NCBI GenBank assembly: GCA_963818475.1
Contig: CAWFSF010000002.1
Span: forward strand, 736,001-800,000
Length of the DNA: 64,000 nt
Direction: 5' to 3'
Source of the DNA: Nitrospirota bacterium
GTDB taxonomy: Bacteria > Nitrospirota > UBA9217
In this document: piece by piece, positions 42,111 through 52,043 of the stretch
Position numbering within the stretch: position 1 is the first letter of the stretch
How the letters are laid out: each line of letters opens with the position of its first letter
Program-made: the position numbers and the translations under genes
The notes under the pieces: generated by a model
Databases searched by the model: none
What the model was told of the DNA's origin: nothing
The model's input: only the letters and a program-made list of their open reading frames with translations

Positions 42111-42227
42111 AAAAAAAAGCCGGGCATACCAAAGAAATCATCCTTTGGCAGCCCGGCCATCTTTCAGGGTCAAAGATCCGAAGCTTTCCGCGCCCTTCTC
42201 GCGAAGGGGTAGGCTTTATCAGGATCG
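42111..42227 (-). ncRNA. c-di-GMP-I riboswitch with overlapping terminator
   Basis: GATAAAGCCTACCCCTTC-GCGA-GAAGGGCGCGGAAAGC..CGGATCT..AGATGGCCGGGCTGCC then hairpin and T tract. Confidence 0.88.
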
Positions 42228-42447
42228 TATGCTCATACCTGCATTATCTATAACACCCGGGCAGCAACCTGTCAAAGTCTAATTCCGCACAGCAGTTCTT
42301 CTCAAATTACTTTTTGCGTCACTATTCGTAACGGGGATCAAGGCCGCAGGCCGAGAGTGCGGCGTATTCCGCGAAATCATAATTATTTACATCTCCGCCC
42401 TATACCAGTATAATGACCAAATAATAAATCAGGAGAGGAGTACCACG

Positions 42448-42588
42448 TTGGCGAAACCGAATTTCGATTTTCAAAAGCGTCAGAAGGAACTGGCAAAGAA
42501 AAAGAAGAACGAGGAAAAAAAGCAGCGCAAGCTGGAGAAAAAATCGGAAAGCGGGGAACAAACCGAGCCGCAGCCGGAACCGCGTTAA
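42448..42588 (+). CDS. Small basic protein (46 aa, TTG start)
   Basis: GGAGAGGAG RBS; MAKPNFDFQKRQKELAKKKKNEEKKQRK; below ORF-track length cutoff. Confidence 0.7.
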   Translation: MAKPNFDFQKRQKELAKKKKNEEKKQRKLEKKSESGEQTEPQPEPR

Positions 42589-43097
42589 CCGCTTTCCGGG
42601 TTGTCAAGGCCCGCTTCCTGGGAGATGCTGTTCAGATAGCGAAATAATTCCCGCGATGCCTTGGGCGAGGGCGCATTCCTGCTCCGCTCGTCCCGGGCTT
42701 TCCGGACCAGGGCGAGCAGCTTGCGGCGGTCCGCATGGGGCCTTTCCGCCAGGACCGTTTCGAGCACCTGGTCATTTCCGGCAACCAGTTCGTCCCGCCA
42801 CGCCTCTATCTGCTTGAACGCCAGCGTCCGCTTGTGATTGCCCTCCTCGATGGTGTGAAGGAGTTCCCGTATAGCCGCAGTGTCATATTTCCGCATTAAT
42901 GTACCGATATACTGCATCTGCCGCAGGAGCGGCACATGTTTGGTGGTCTTCTTTGCCAGTTGAACTGCAGTGAGCAGGTTTTCCGGCAGATCGATGCTCA
43001 ACAGCTGCTCGTTCGACAGCTTCACCAGCTGCTCGCCCAGGTCCTGAAGCGACAGCGCTGCTTTTTTCTTCTCAGTTCTGCTTAACGGTTCTTCCAT
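42585..43097 (-). CDS. yjgA: Ribosome biogenesis factor YjgA/DarP
   Basis: SRTEKK..LQDLGEQL, RQMQYIGTLMR, WRDEL, RELFRYL. Confidence 0.9.
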   Translation of the reverse strand: MEEPLSRTEKKKAALSLQDLGEQLVKLSNEQLLSIDLPENLLTAVQLAKKTTKHVPLLRQMQYIGTLMRKYDTAAIRELLHTIEEGNHKRTLAFKQIEAWRDELVAGNDQVLETVLAERPHADRRKLLALVRKARDERSRNAPSPKASRELFRYLNSISQEAGLDNPESG

Positions 43098-43172
43098 AGC
43101 GTTTCATTCCTGCCACAAGCCTGCGGGCATAGTTTGTCGTGCGCTGCTCCGTGCCCCGCGCACCCGGACGGT

Positions 43173-43682
43173 TTAGGACTCGCCCTTCTGTCCCACAAAA
43201 AAATCCTGCTTGTCCCTGAACAGAACATTAAAGGTCGTGAAGGAACCATAGATGCGCGTGATGTATTGCTGCAGCTCCACCTTCTCCGTGTCGGAAAGGA
43301 CCTTATGGGCGTTGATCTGCGCCTCCATGACCCGCAGCCGGTCGCGGGCCATCACGATCTTGTGGAAAAAGGTCTCGATCGGTATGCTCTTTGAGGCCAG
43401 ACCCGCATCGCCCGGTTTCAGGACCATCTCTCCGTTCTTCCAGCGGGGGGCCAGCTCTATCCTCGGCAGCTCCTCGCGGTTCACCTCGAAGGCGGCAAGC
43501 TTCATCATCTCGTAGGCCGTGGTCTCCGCTTCGGAAAGCATCTGGAGCTCGTCCTCGATCACCTGCGACTGTTTATCGCGCCGCGGGAAATAGACCGTGC
43601 AGTCGCCGCCGGACGCCTCCAGGACACGCCCGATCCCCTGTTCGTCGTGGCGCACCAGATCACCTTTTACAAAGTCGGTCAT
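43173..43682 (-). CDS. Conserved hypothetical protein
   Basis: [42 protein letters not shown]; AGGAGG RBS. Confidence 0.75.
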   Translation of the reverse strand: MTDFVKGDLVRHDEQGIGRVLEASGGDCTVYFPRRDKQSQVIEDELQMLSEAETTAYEMMKLAAFEVNREELPRIELAPRWKNGEMVLKPGDAGLASKSIPIETFFHKIVMARDRLRVMEAQINAHKVLSDTEKVELQQYITRIYGSFTTFNVLFRDKQDFFVGQKGES

Positions 43683-43741
43683 AATGGTCCTCCTGGGAAG
43701 TGCGGTATCAATCAAAGCGAAGAATAAAATTCAAAAAAATA

Positions 43742-43851
43742 TTGCCACGAAGGCACGAAGACACAAAGAACATCTTTCTAGAAAAATTGAGGTAATAAAA
43801 CCCCAAAGAAGCGCCCAGGCTTTTCTTCGCGACTTCGTGTCTTCGTGGCAA
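43742..43851. repeat. Palindromic element with triplicated arm units
   Basis: TTGCCACGAAGGCACGAAGACACAAAGAA ... TTCTTCGCGACTTCGTGTCTTCGTGGCAA. Confidence 0.85.
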
Positions 43852-43864
43852 ATTTGTTCCGCTA

Positions 43865-44197
43865 TTAAAAATCCGGGAACATCCGCAGGGAGATCTCTCT
43901 GCCATCCGCAGATTTCGCCTGCGCCTGGAGAATGCCGCCTTCGATGTAGGCGAGCTTGAAATTGGTGAACCCGCGGGAAACGAAGTTCTGCGCGTCGGCA
44001 GGACAGCCGCCCTCGCACCCGGCAATGCCTTTTACCAGCTTCGGCACCAGTCCGCGAAAATCAAGCCCTGTTGTTGCCGCGCCCTGAGCAGAAAGAAAGG
44101 TCTCGATCTTGACCACGGTGGATTCAACATCCAGCCGAAAGGGATCGGGGATCGGGATGGATAAGGACTTGCCGGCAACTTTTACATCGAGCTCCAT
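43865..44197 (-). CDS. Hypothetical protein
   Basis: GGAGG RBS; GCEGGCPADA. Confidence 0.6.
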   Translation of the reverse strand: MELDVKVAGKSLSIPIPDPFRLDVESTVVKIETFLSAQGAATTGLDFRGLVPKLVKGIAGCEGGCPADAQNFVSRGFTNFKLAYIEGGILQAQAKSADGREISLRMFPDF

Positions 44198-44471
44198 TCA
44201 GCAACCTCCAAAGGTATGTCACATCACATCATCACGAATTGAAGAAATCGCAACAAACCTATTTTCACCACAGCGGTACAGCGAAAACAGTAGCGTTCTC
44301 AGATCGATTATCTTCGTGTCTCTGTGCAGGTTTTGACTTTTTACGATTCATCTTTATTGATAATACAGAAAAACGCAGCATATTGCAACTGATGTCCGTG
44401 TCGGGTCGATTTACAGCAGACTGGGCCGTTAGTAACTAAAGAATAAAATTCTTCTCAAAATGGCAAGAAAG

Positions 44472-44600
44472 TTTACCACGAAGAACACGAAGCGCGCGAA
44501 GTAAAAAATCAATATTTTTGTTTTGTCTTTTTCACTTTTTCGTGATCTTCGTGCCCTTCGTGGTGAAAAGTCTTTTTGGCTCCGGCATGTCCGGATCAGG
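44472..44600. repeat. Copy of the 16478-16604 palindromic element
   Basis: Shared arms and TTTTTGGCTCCGG tail. Confidence 0.85.
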
Positions 44601-45741
44601 AAGTGTGGAGTATGCCATCAATTGCCGCGAACAGCTTGTTGATGTCACGCTCGTTGTTATAAAAATGGGGTGACACCCGGATGCCGCCTCCCCGGACGTT
44701 CACCATGATAGCTTTCTCGCGCAGCGCATCCTTCATCATCGCGGGATCGAATGTTCCTGAGAACGTGATGATCCCGCCCCGCGCCCGCCTGTCCTTTGGC
44801 GTCAGGACCGCAAAGCCTCTTGCTTCAGCCTCGTGAATGATCAGGTCACCAAGGCCAAGGACCTGTTCTTCTATCGCGCTGATCCCGATCTCGAAAAGAA
44901 GCTCGATCGCCGCTCCAAGGCCGATGATGCCCATGAGGTTCTGGGAGCCTTCCTCGAACCGCAGGGCGTCGGTCTTGAGCTTGAGGGCCGTGTGCTCGAA
45001 GGCGAACTCGTTCTGCACGCTTTTCCATCCGATAAGCGGAGGAGCAAGCTGCTCTGCCAGTTCTTTTCTGCAATAGAAGATGCCGATGCCTTCAGGCCCG
45101 AGCAGCCATTTGTGCGCGTCAGCTGAAAGAAAGTCGATGGTGTATTCCTGAACATCCATGGGCAGCACGCCAAGGCTCTGGATCGCGTCAACACAGAGGA
45201 GCACCTTATGTGCCTTACAGAGTTCTCCGAGCTGCTTGAGGTCGATCCGGAACCCGTTTACGAACTGGACCGATGACAGGGCGAGCAGCCGCGTTTTCTG
45301 ATCCATGAGCTTCTCGATGTCCTCGGTAAGGATCCTGTTGCCGCGGGACGGGATCATCCGGACCTCGACGCCACGCGCCTTAAGGTTCAGCCAGGGGTAG
45401 AGGTTGGAGGGGAATTCTTTTTCATAGACAAGGACGTTGTCGCCCGGCTTCCAGTCAAGACCGTCCGCAACGAGCGAAAGCCCGTGGGACGTGCTTTTCA
45501 CGAAGGCGATCTCTTCAGCCTCGGCATTGATCAGCCGTGCACAGGCGCGCCTGACCTCGACCACCTGCTGCGCCCATTTCGGGTAATGGAATGCCCCGCC
45601 ACCAGTAGCTTCTCTCAGGAACAGCTCGACAGCCGACTGCACCCTGAGCGACAGAGGCGCAACACCTGCGTGATCAAGATAGAGATGTTTTTCCGTGACG
45701 GGAAATTCCCGGCGATAGGGTTCGAGGCGTTCGTTGTTCAT
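44596..45741 (-). CDS. Class V PLP aminotransferase (cysteine desulfurase-like fold)
   Basis: YLDHAG, EFPSN, VDAIQ, DAHKWLLGP, IRVSPHFYN. Confidence 0.9.
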   Translation of the reverse strand: MNNERLEPYRREFPVTEKHLYLDHAGVAPLSLRVQSAVELFLREATGGGAFHYPKWAQQVVEVRRACARLINAEAEEIAFVKSTSHGLSLVADGLDWKPGDNVLVYEKEFPSNLYPWLNLKARGVEVRMIPSRGNRILTEDIEKLMDQKTRLLALSSVQFVNGFRIDLKQLGELCKAHKVLLCVDAIQSLGVLPMDVQEYTIDFLSADAHKWLLGPEGIGIFYCRKELAEQLAPPLIGWKSVQNEFAFEHTALKLKTDALRFEEGSQNLMGIIGLGAAIELLFEIGISAIEEQVLGLGDLIIHEAEARGFAVLTPKDRRARGGIITFSGTFDPAMMKDALREKAIMVNVRGGGIRVSPHFYNNERDINKLFAAIDGILHTS

Positions 45742-45782
45742 GGGTTTCCAATGCTGATGTTTCGTAAAAAGTTCCCCGTGCG

Positions 45783-45921
45783 GTCATTGCGAGGAGCGGA
45801 GCGACGCGGCAATCCCGGGAAGTTACGAACGGCGAGATTGCTACGCTCGCAAGATCGGCTTAACAGACCTATTCCGAATACAACACTATTCGTCACTCCC
45901 GAAAGGTGCTATCGGGGGTCC
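45783..45921. repeat. GTCATTGCGAG- and GTCACTCCCG-type palindromic repeats
   Basis: GTCATTGCGAGGAGCGGAGCGACGCGGCAATCCC..GAGATTGC; GTCACTCCCGA..TCGGGGGTCC. Confidence 0.6.
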
Positions 45922-46247
45922 AGAGGTTTCGTTCCATCCTTCTTTCGAGCGGCAAGGGTTCTTTTTTTCCTGCTTTTCACCAGCCGTTCCTTCTCTTCCC
46001 GCGTCAGTTTCTTTATCGCACATTCCCGCTTCAGCGCTTCGCCGCGGTCCGCACAAGGCTCCTGATAGACCCTCACGACCGGCAGCCGGCTGCGGGTGCA
46101 GCGCGAAGCGGTGCCGTTGTTATGCTGATCCAGTCTGCGTTCGAGGTCCGTGGTGATGCCGGTATAAAAGGTGTTGTCCCTGCACCTGAGGATGTAGAGG
46201 AACCATCGGGTCTCCGTCTTTTTTGTTACGCGCTCCCTGCCTGCCAT
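45909..46247 (-). CDS. Small GIY-YIG nuclease (UPF0213-like)
   Basis: LYILRCRDNTFYTGITTDLERRLDQHN, ALKRE..IKKL. Confidence 0.9.
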   Translation of the reverse strand: MAGRERVTKKTETRWFLYILRCRDNTFYTGITTDLERRLDQHNNGTASRCTRSRLPVVRVYQEPCADRGEALKRECAIKKLTREEKERLVKSRKKRTLAARKKDGTKPLDPR

Positions 46248-46267
46248 GACGGAAATACTATCCAACT

Positions 46268-46591
46268 GTGCAGGTAATAGCAAGCAATTTCGCTTCTAAA
46301 GAATTAGACGGCCTATATAGTGTTACTACCAGCAACCTGAATAAAGCGGTCAACAGAAACAAAGAGCAATTCCCTGAAGATTTTATGGTTCAATTGAGTC
46401 TTGAGGAGTTCAACAACTTGAAATTCCATTTTGGAACATCAAGTTGGGGCGGGACGCTGAAACCACCGCGCGCTATCACGGAACAGATGATCGCAATGCT
46501 TTCTAGCTTGCTGAACAGCAAACGAGCAATTCAGGTCAACATCGAAATTATGAGAGCTTTCGTGAAGCTGCGGGAGATGATGATCTCATAA
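46268..46591 (+). pseudogene. ORF6N-domain protein remnant
   Basis: LYSVTTSNLNKAVNRN..FPEDFM, TEQMIAMLSSLLNSKRAIQVNIEIMRAFV; truncated at both ends. Confidence 0.75.
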
Positions 46592-46670
46592 GAATCTTCC
46601 GCGCAAGTTGAGAGGCGGGGTACCTGCGGATACCTATACGAATCCCTCATTTTGCTGCAGGGATCTTCAG

Positions 46671-47243
46671 TTAATCACGGCCCAGATAGTTTATGAGCAG
46701 GGGAAAGAACCGGAGAAAATGGGCGTTCAAAACATGATAATGTATCTCCAATTCCTCAACGGCCGAGCACAGGTTATTTTCTCTTCTCAGTCTTGCTGAT
46801 ATTCTTTTGAACGCTTTATCTATGCCTTCTATGGATCCATAGGAGCTCAGCCAGTCTTCTTTTATCATCCTTTCAATACACAGCGCAGCTGCGGGAGGAA
46901 TGCCGCTCTTTTGGTTCTGCAGGTTTTTATAAACAATTTCAATAAAATCATCCAGACCGGTTTTGGTGTACCGGTTCCAGTTCCTGGATAAAAAATGGTC
47001 ATATAGGACGTCAATGATGATACCTGAAAACCTGCATCGGGCTTCGCTGATTAATTTCTTGCTGGATGAAACGACAGGGTGTGTGTCGGTAAAATGATCT
47101 ATTCTGCGGTGACGAATGATCCCGTCGACGATCTCCTGCGGAAATTTGCCCTCTGCATTTCCTTTGACGAAATCCCCCATAAAATTCCCGAGCATCGAAA
47201 GAGGGGTATTGTCGGACAAGAACATATGGGCGAGGTAATTCAT
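46671..47243 (-). CDS. acpH: ACP phosphodiesterase
   Basis: MNYLAH, GNFMGDFVKG, HRRIDHFTDTH, DVLYDHFL. Confidence 0.88.
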   Translation of the reverse strand: MNYLAHMFLSDNTPLSMLGNFMGDFVKGNAEGKFPQEIVDGIIRHRRIDHFTDTHPVVSSSKKLISEARCRFSGIIIDVLYDHFLSRNWNRYTKTGLDDFIEIVYKNLQNQKSGIPPAAALCIERMIKEDWLSSYGSIEGIDKAFKRISARLRRENNLCSAVEELEIHYHVLNAHFLRFFPLLINYLGRD

Positions 47244-47346
47244 ATTCTTGATGCCTCGGTCATTTCACCTTTAGGTGGGATGTATGACAGGGGCGACGAG
47301 GGAACGCCCCTGCGATGCACCTCCGCGCCGATCGCGGAAAAGGGAG

Positions 47347-47994
47347 TCACGCTGCTGCCCGGCGCTGGAAGTTCTGGAGGATCTGCATCACGTCCGCATC
47401 GGTCACCTGCCGAAAATTCTCGTAGTAGCTGCCGACAGACATGAAATCCCCGGGCATGTCCAGGCAAACAAAGACGCCGATCATCCGTTGCAGTTCCGCT
47501 GCGGTCTCGCGCGGGGCAACCGGTACGGCGACGATGAGCTTCCCGACCTGTTCGCGCTTCACCGTTTCCACGGCCGCCTTCATCGTAGCGCCGGTGGCAA
47601 CGCCGTCATCGACGAGAATAACGGTCTTGCCCCGAAGGTCCACGAGCCTTTGTCCGCTTCGGTACAGCTGCCGCATGCGGGCAATCTCCTCCTGTAGTCG
47701 CGCTGCCTCGCCGCGCAGATACTCCTTGGTGACGCCGTCCGATGCAACAAGGTCTTCGTTATAGACAATGCTGCCCGTTTCAGAAATCGCGCCGACGGCG
47801 AGCTCGGTCTGCCAGGGGTGTCCTATTTTCCGAACAATGAGGACGTCCAGGGGGGCCCTTAGGCGATTTGCGATCTCGACAGCGGTGACGACCCCGCCCC
47901 GGGGAAGCGCGAGTACGAGAATGTTCTCCTGCCCGATATATTCCTTTAAACTCTCCGCAAGCTGTGTTCCGGCATCTTTTCTGTCTTTGAACAT
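47347..47994 (-). CDS. Phosphoribosyltransferase
   Basis: FKDRKDAG, LPRGGV, ILVDDGVATG. Confidence 0.9.
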   Translation of the reverse strand: MFKDRKDAGTQLAESLKEYIGQENILVLALPRGGVVTAVEIANRLRAPLDVLIVRKIGHPWQTELAVGAISETGSIVYNEDLVASDGVTKEYLRGEAARLQEEIARMRQLYRSGQRLVDLRGKTVILVDDGVATGATMKAAVETVKREQVGKLIVAVPVAPRETAAELQRMIGVFVCLDMPGDFMSVGSYYENFRQVTDADVMQILQNFQRRAAA

Positions 47995-48134
47995 GGTCAA
48001 TTCTCCTGATACCTAATATAATATTATCAAAGAAGGTTCTGAAGCGTGGCCTTTATATATGCGAATCACCGCAAATTACGGGTCATAAGTATTAGTGATT
48101 TTCGCAAGTAACGTCATTACTATTGTTCAAAAAA

Positions 48135-49058
48135 ATGATTGATTCGAACTTCATACCAGCCTATCTCAAACTCCCTTCCCGCATATTGACGCACAAGGCG
48201 GAACGTGCGGAAGAAATGCTGAAGAGCTGTAAACTCTGCCCGCGTGAGTGCAAGGTCGACAGGACCACGCGCAAGCGGGGATTCTGCAGAACAGGGGACA
48301 AGCCCTTTGTTTCGAGCTGGGGGCCCCACTTCGGAGAGGAGCGTCCGCTCGTCGGCCGGCACGGCTCGGGCGCCATCTTCTTCGGGTACTGCAATCTCGG
48401 CTGCCTTTTCTGCCAGAATTATGAAATCAGCCACCTGGGCGAAGGAAGAGAGATGTCCGTTGAGCAGCTCGCCGGGATAATGCTCGAACTCCAGCAGGAC
48501 CGCTGCCACAACATCAACCTCGTCACGCCGACCCACCAGATGCCCATGATCCTTCGCGCCCTATCCATAGCCGCAGGGCAAGGCCTTGCTGTTCCGATCG
48601 TGTACAACTGCGGGGGGTACGAGTCGCTCGAAGCCATCAAGCTCCTGGATGGGGCCATAGATATCTACATGCCGGACTTCAAGTATGCTGATCCTGAAAT
48701 GTCCTTAAAATATTCAAAGGCCAAAGATTATCCTGCTGTGGCAAAGGCAGTTATTAAAGAGATGCATCGCCAGGTAGGAGATCTGGTGATGGATGAGACG
48801 GGCCTGGCGCTGCGAGGTCTTCTGCTGCGGCATCTCGTCCTGCCCAAAGGGATCGCCGGGACCGGGGAGGTCGTACGGTTCATCGCTGAAGAACTATCAA
48901 AGAACACGTACGTGAACATCATGGACCAGCACCGTCCGTGCTACAAGGCATTCGGCAATCCGCCTCTCGACCGGAGGATCACGGAAAGAGAATTCGCCGA
49001 GGCCGTTAAGCTCGCCCGGGAAGCAGGCCTGAGCCGGCTCGACAGCGTGACCGTGTGA
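48135..49058 (+). CDS. PflX-like radical SAM protein
   Basis: CKLCPREC, HFGEE, CNLGCLFCQN, HNINLVTP, YMPDFKY, RHLVLP. Confidence 0.9.
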   Translation: MIDSNFIPAYLKLPSRILTHKAERAEEMLKSCKLCPRECKVDRTTRKRGFCRTGDKPFVSSWGPHFGEERPLVGRHGSGAIFFGYCNLGCLFCQNYEISHLGEGREMSVEQLAGIMLELQQDRCHNINLVTPTHQMPMILRALSIAAGQGLAVPIVYNCGGYESLEAIKLLDGAIDIYMPDFKYADPEMSLKYSKAKDYPAVAKAVIKEMHRQVGDLVMDETGLALRGLLLRHLVLPKGIAGTGEVVRFIAEELSKNTYVNIMDQHRPCYKAFGNPPLDRRITEREFAEAVKLAREAGLSRLDSVTV

Positions 49059-49305
49059 GCGCCTATCCCCCGGAACTGTGTGAAGGAGCGGGGACGCCTT
49101 ATCATCGCGGTCATTTCCCTGCTCTCCTTTTGTCCCGCTTCTGTTTATTTTATTCACGATCGCCGTGATGCTTGCGGCGCTCGTCACGTGGACAAAAACA
49201 TCGTGCTGCACTATCGTTGCCGTGCTTCCGGGAATTCCGGCATTCCTTGTCCGGGAGCGGATCACGCGGAAAAGGTCATCGCAGCCGCGAGGAGACAGTC
49301 CTGTC

Positions 49306-50148
49306 ATGAATGACCGAGATTGCGTCGAGTTCCTCCAGTGGTCGCTCCCGCTGCTCCGCATGCGATGGCAGGGGTTCCGGAAGGTCCGCGGACAGGTCTG
49401 CAAGCGCATCGACCGCCGCCTGCGCGAACTGGGGCTTCCGGACGTTGCGTCGTACCGGATGTTCCTGGAAACGAACGACGCCGAATGGGCAACGCTCGGT
49501 TCCCTCTGCAACATTACGATCTCGCGTTTCTACCGGGACCGTGAAGTATTCCAGTTTATCGAACAGGAAGTGCTCGGGACCTTGTCCGAAGACGCGCTGG
49601 CGCGGGGGGAGAACGAGCTTCGGTGCTGGAGCATCGGCTGCGCCTCCGGCGAAGAGCCTTACACGCTGGCGCTTTTGTGGGACCTGGTCATGACACGCCG
49701 GTTCCCTGCCCTTTCGTTCACGATCCTGGCGACCGATTTCGACCCCGTGATGATCAGGCGGGCTGAGGAAGGGTGTTACAAGTCCGGCAGCTTCACGGGC
49801 CTGCCCGCGGGATGGCACAAGCTCGCATTTTTCCGCAAGGAGGAGCTTTCGTGCATCAGGGAGGAAGAGCGAAGCAGAGTGAATTTTCTCGTCCAGGACA
49901 TAAGGAATGCCGCGCCAGAAGACCGGCACCATCTCATTCTCTGCAGGAACCTGGCCTTCACCTACTTTGATCCTTCATTACAGCAGGAGGTTCTTGAGCG
50001 TATCAATGACAGGTTGCTGCCCGGCGGCGCGCTCGTTATCGGCGTCCATGAATCATTGCCTGACGCAGGCCGCGCCCTTGAGCCCTGGCCCGGAGGCCGG
50101 GGAATTTTCCGGAAAGCGTCGTCGAAACAGCATACCAGGGTATCATGA
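49306..50148 (+). CDS. CheR-family methyltransferase
   Basis: ISRFYRD, WSIGCASGEEPY, ILCRN..YF; GAGGAG RBS. Confidence 0.88.
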   Translation: MNDRDCVEFLQWSLPLLRMRWQGFRKVRGQVCKRIDRRLRELGLPDVASYRMFLETNDAEWATLGSLCNITISRFYRDREVFQFIEQEVLGTLSEDALARGENELRCWSIGCASGEEPYTLALLWDLVMTRRFPALSFTILATDFDPVMIRRAEEGCYKSGSFTGLPAGWHKLAFFRKEELSCIREEERSRVNFLVQDIRNAAPEDRHHLILCRNLAFTYFDPSLQQEVLERINDRLLPGGALVIGVHESLPDAGRALEPWPGGRGIFRKASSKQHTRVS

Positions 50149-50892
50149 CGATTCCGGAGAAGATTGTGAACCTGAAGATTTCTCCGGGGCGAAGTCGGCG
50201 CTCATTTTTCTGAGCCGCTCCTCGACAACCGGATAGAGAATAAGCTCTTCCTCCTCGAACTCCCCGAAGGTCGGATGGATCGCCGCGAGCCTCGTGCGCA
50301 GGGCCTGGATACGTTCTTTCGTGCTGAAGCTCACCATGCATGCGGGATGGACATCGACTCCGTACCGTGCGAGATGTTCGAGGGCCTTGAGCTGCAGGCC
50401 GAATGCAGCGGGCTGCGCGCCCGTGAGTCGGGAGAACTCCTCCTCGCAGGTCCCCTTGAGGCTCACGCGCACGTGGAGATGGGAAAATTGCGCAAGGTCC
50501 CGGGCGTAGGTTTCGTCATGCCCGATGAGGATGCCGTTCGTCTCCAGGATGAAGAGGTACTCTTCCGGGATCAGTTCGAGAACTTTGAGAAGATGCTCGC
50601 GGCAGAGGGTGGGCTCGTTCCCGCTGATCCTGAGCCTCGTGAGCTTCTTTGCCTTCGCAATCCCGATGAGCCGGTGCGCAACGTCCCGGGGCGCGTAGAA
50701 GGAGCCGACTATCTCCGGACGGGTGGTCACGTTCCATGACCAGCAGAAGACGCACCGGAGGTTGCAGCCCACGCAGTCCGCAGTCGCTATGCCTCCGTAG
50801 AACTTTGCCGGCCTGAAGCGGTAGTATTTCCTCCGGTCTCCGCTGCAGACGATCGATTGGGTTGCTTCCGCTGTCTTCAGGGGATCGTACAT
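50143..50892 (-). CDS. Radical SAM protein
   Basis: FYGGIATADCVGCNLRCVFCW, RISGNEP, LETNG. Confidence 0.88.
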   Translation of the reverse strand: MYDPLKTAEATQSIVCSGDRRKYYRFRPAKFYGGIATADCVGCNLRCVFCWSWNVTTRPEIVGSFYAPRDVAHRLIGIAKAKKLTRLRISGNEPTLCREHLLKVLELIPEEYLFILETNGILIGHDETYARDLAQFSHLHVRVSLKGTCEEEFSRLTGAQPAAFGLQLKALEHLARYGVDVHPACMVSFSTKERIQALRTRLAAIHPTFGEFEEEELILYPVVEERLRKMSADFAPEKSSGSQSSPESS

Positions 50893-51117
50893 TGCACCCC
50901 CATTTCTTTGGAGATAGTCGGTGCATAATCTGCACCTTGCCATAGAGCATCTTCCAGAATACGGCTATGACTATGATTTTATCACGGGAAAAAGAAGAGA
51001 GACCGAAGGATTGTCCTCCCAATAACTTTCGAGAGACCGGAAAAATGCCTGTGCTATGATAGAAGAGGAGAACGGACCGTCCAGCTGAAGATGGCGGTGA
51101 ACGTCAAAGAGGACACC

Positions 51118-51657
51118 ATGCAGGAATGGAACGCGCTCATCAGCGTAAAGGAGCACGGCTTCAGGCAGGCCCTCGATGTGTTCGGCGAGTTCGGCGAGGT
51201 AAAGCGCACCGAATTCTATAATATTATACTGCTTCGGGCCAGGGACGTCGCGCACATGCTCGAAACACTGCGCGAGCGCTCGCAGAAGTCACCGGAGTTC
51301 CTTGCTTTTCTCGCCAGGCTCATTCCCATAACCAGGACATTCATCTTCAATTCGCCGGAAGAGTTCGAAGACCGTGCACGGAGCGCGGTCCTCGGCTGGA
51401 CGCCGCAGCTTTCAGGCAAATCGTTTTTCGTGCGCATCCACCGGCGCGGCTTCAAAGGCAGGCTCTCGACCATGGACGAGGAACGGGCACTCGACACCCT
51501 GCTGTTGGAAGAACTGGAAAAAACAGGCAACCCCGGAAGGATCGCGTTCGAGGACCCTGACATGGTCATCGCCATAGAGACGGTGGGCCAGTGGGCCGGG
51601 CTTTCCCTCTTCACCAGGGAAGAGGGAAAGCGATATCCGTTTGTTCGCGTCGAATAA
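51118..51657 (+). CDS. Stand-alone THUMP-domain protein
   Basis: SFFVRIHRRG, IAFEDPDMVIAIET. Confidence 0.75.
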   Translation: MQEWNALISVKEHGFRQALDVFGEFGEVKRTEFYNIILLRARDVAHMLETLRERSQKSPEFLAFLARLIPITRTFIFNSPEEFEDRARSAVLGWTPQLSGKSFFVRIHRRGFKGRLSTMDEERALDTLLLEELEKTGNPGRIAFEDPDMVIAIETVGQWAGLSLFTREEGKRYPFVRVE

Positions 51658-52043
51658 TCGGAACCCGTGCCTTACTGTTCGGCCGGTTCCAAACGTCCTT
51701 CGTCCCTTTCTCTTTGCCTGACCGGTGAAGCAGCGTAGGGTCAGCTTTTTGGGCCATTCGCGGGAGAGGCATCGTCTCGCAGAGTGACAGCGGGAAGTCT
51801 TAAACTCTGGAGTTCCTGTGGCATGATTTGCAGAATGCTGCATGAAATAGTGATTCTCTGATATGTTCATTTCGCATTCACTTCTTCCTGTAGTCTGCGA
51901 TCGATGCCGGTGATCAGATTGCGCACCTTACAAACTGTATCAGCGAATAGGTCGGCACTTGACGACGTGAATCATGGGTTGTGGTAAACTTTCCGTGTCT
52001 CACGAGAAATCTTATAATAACTTGTTCGCAAAGGAGACTCAAT

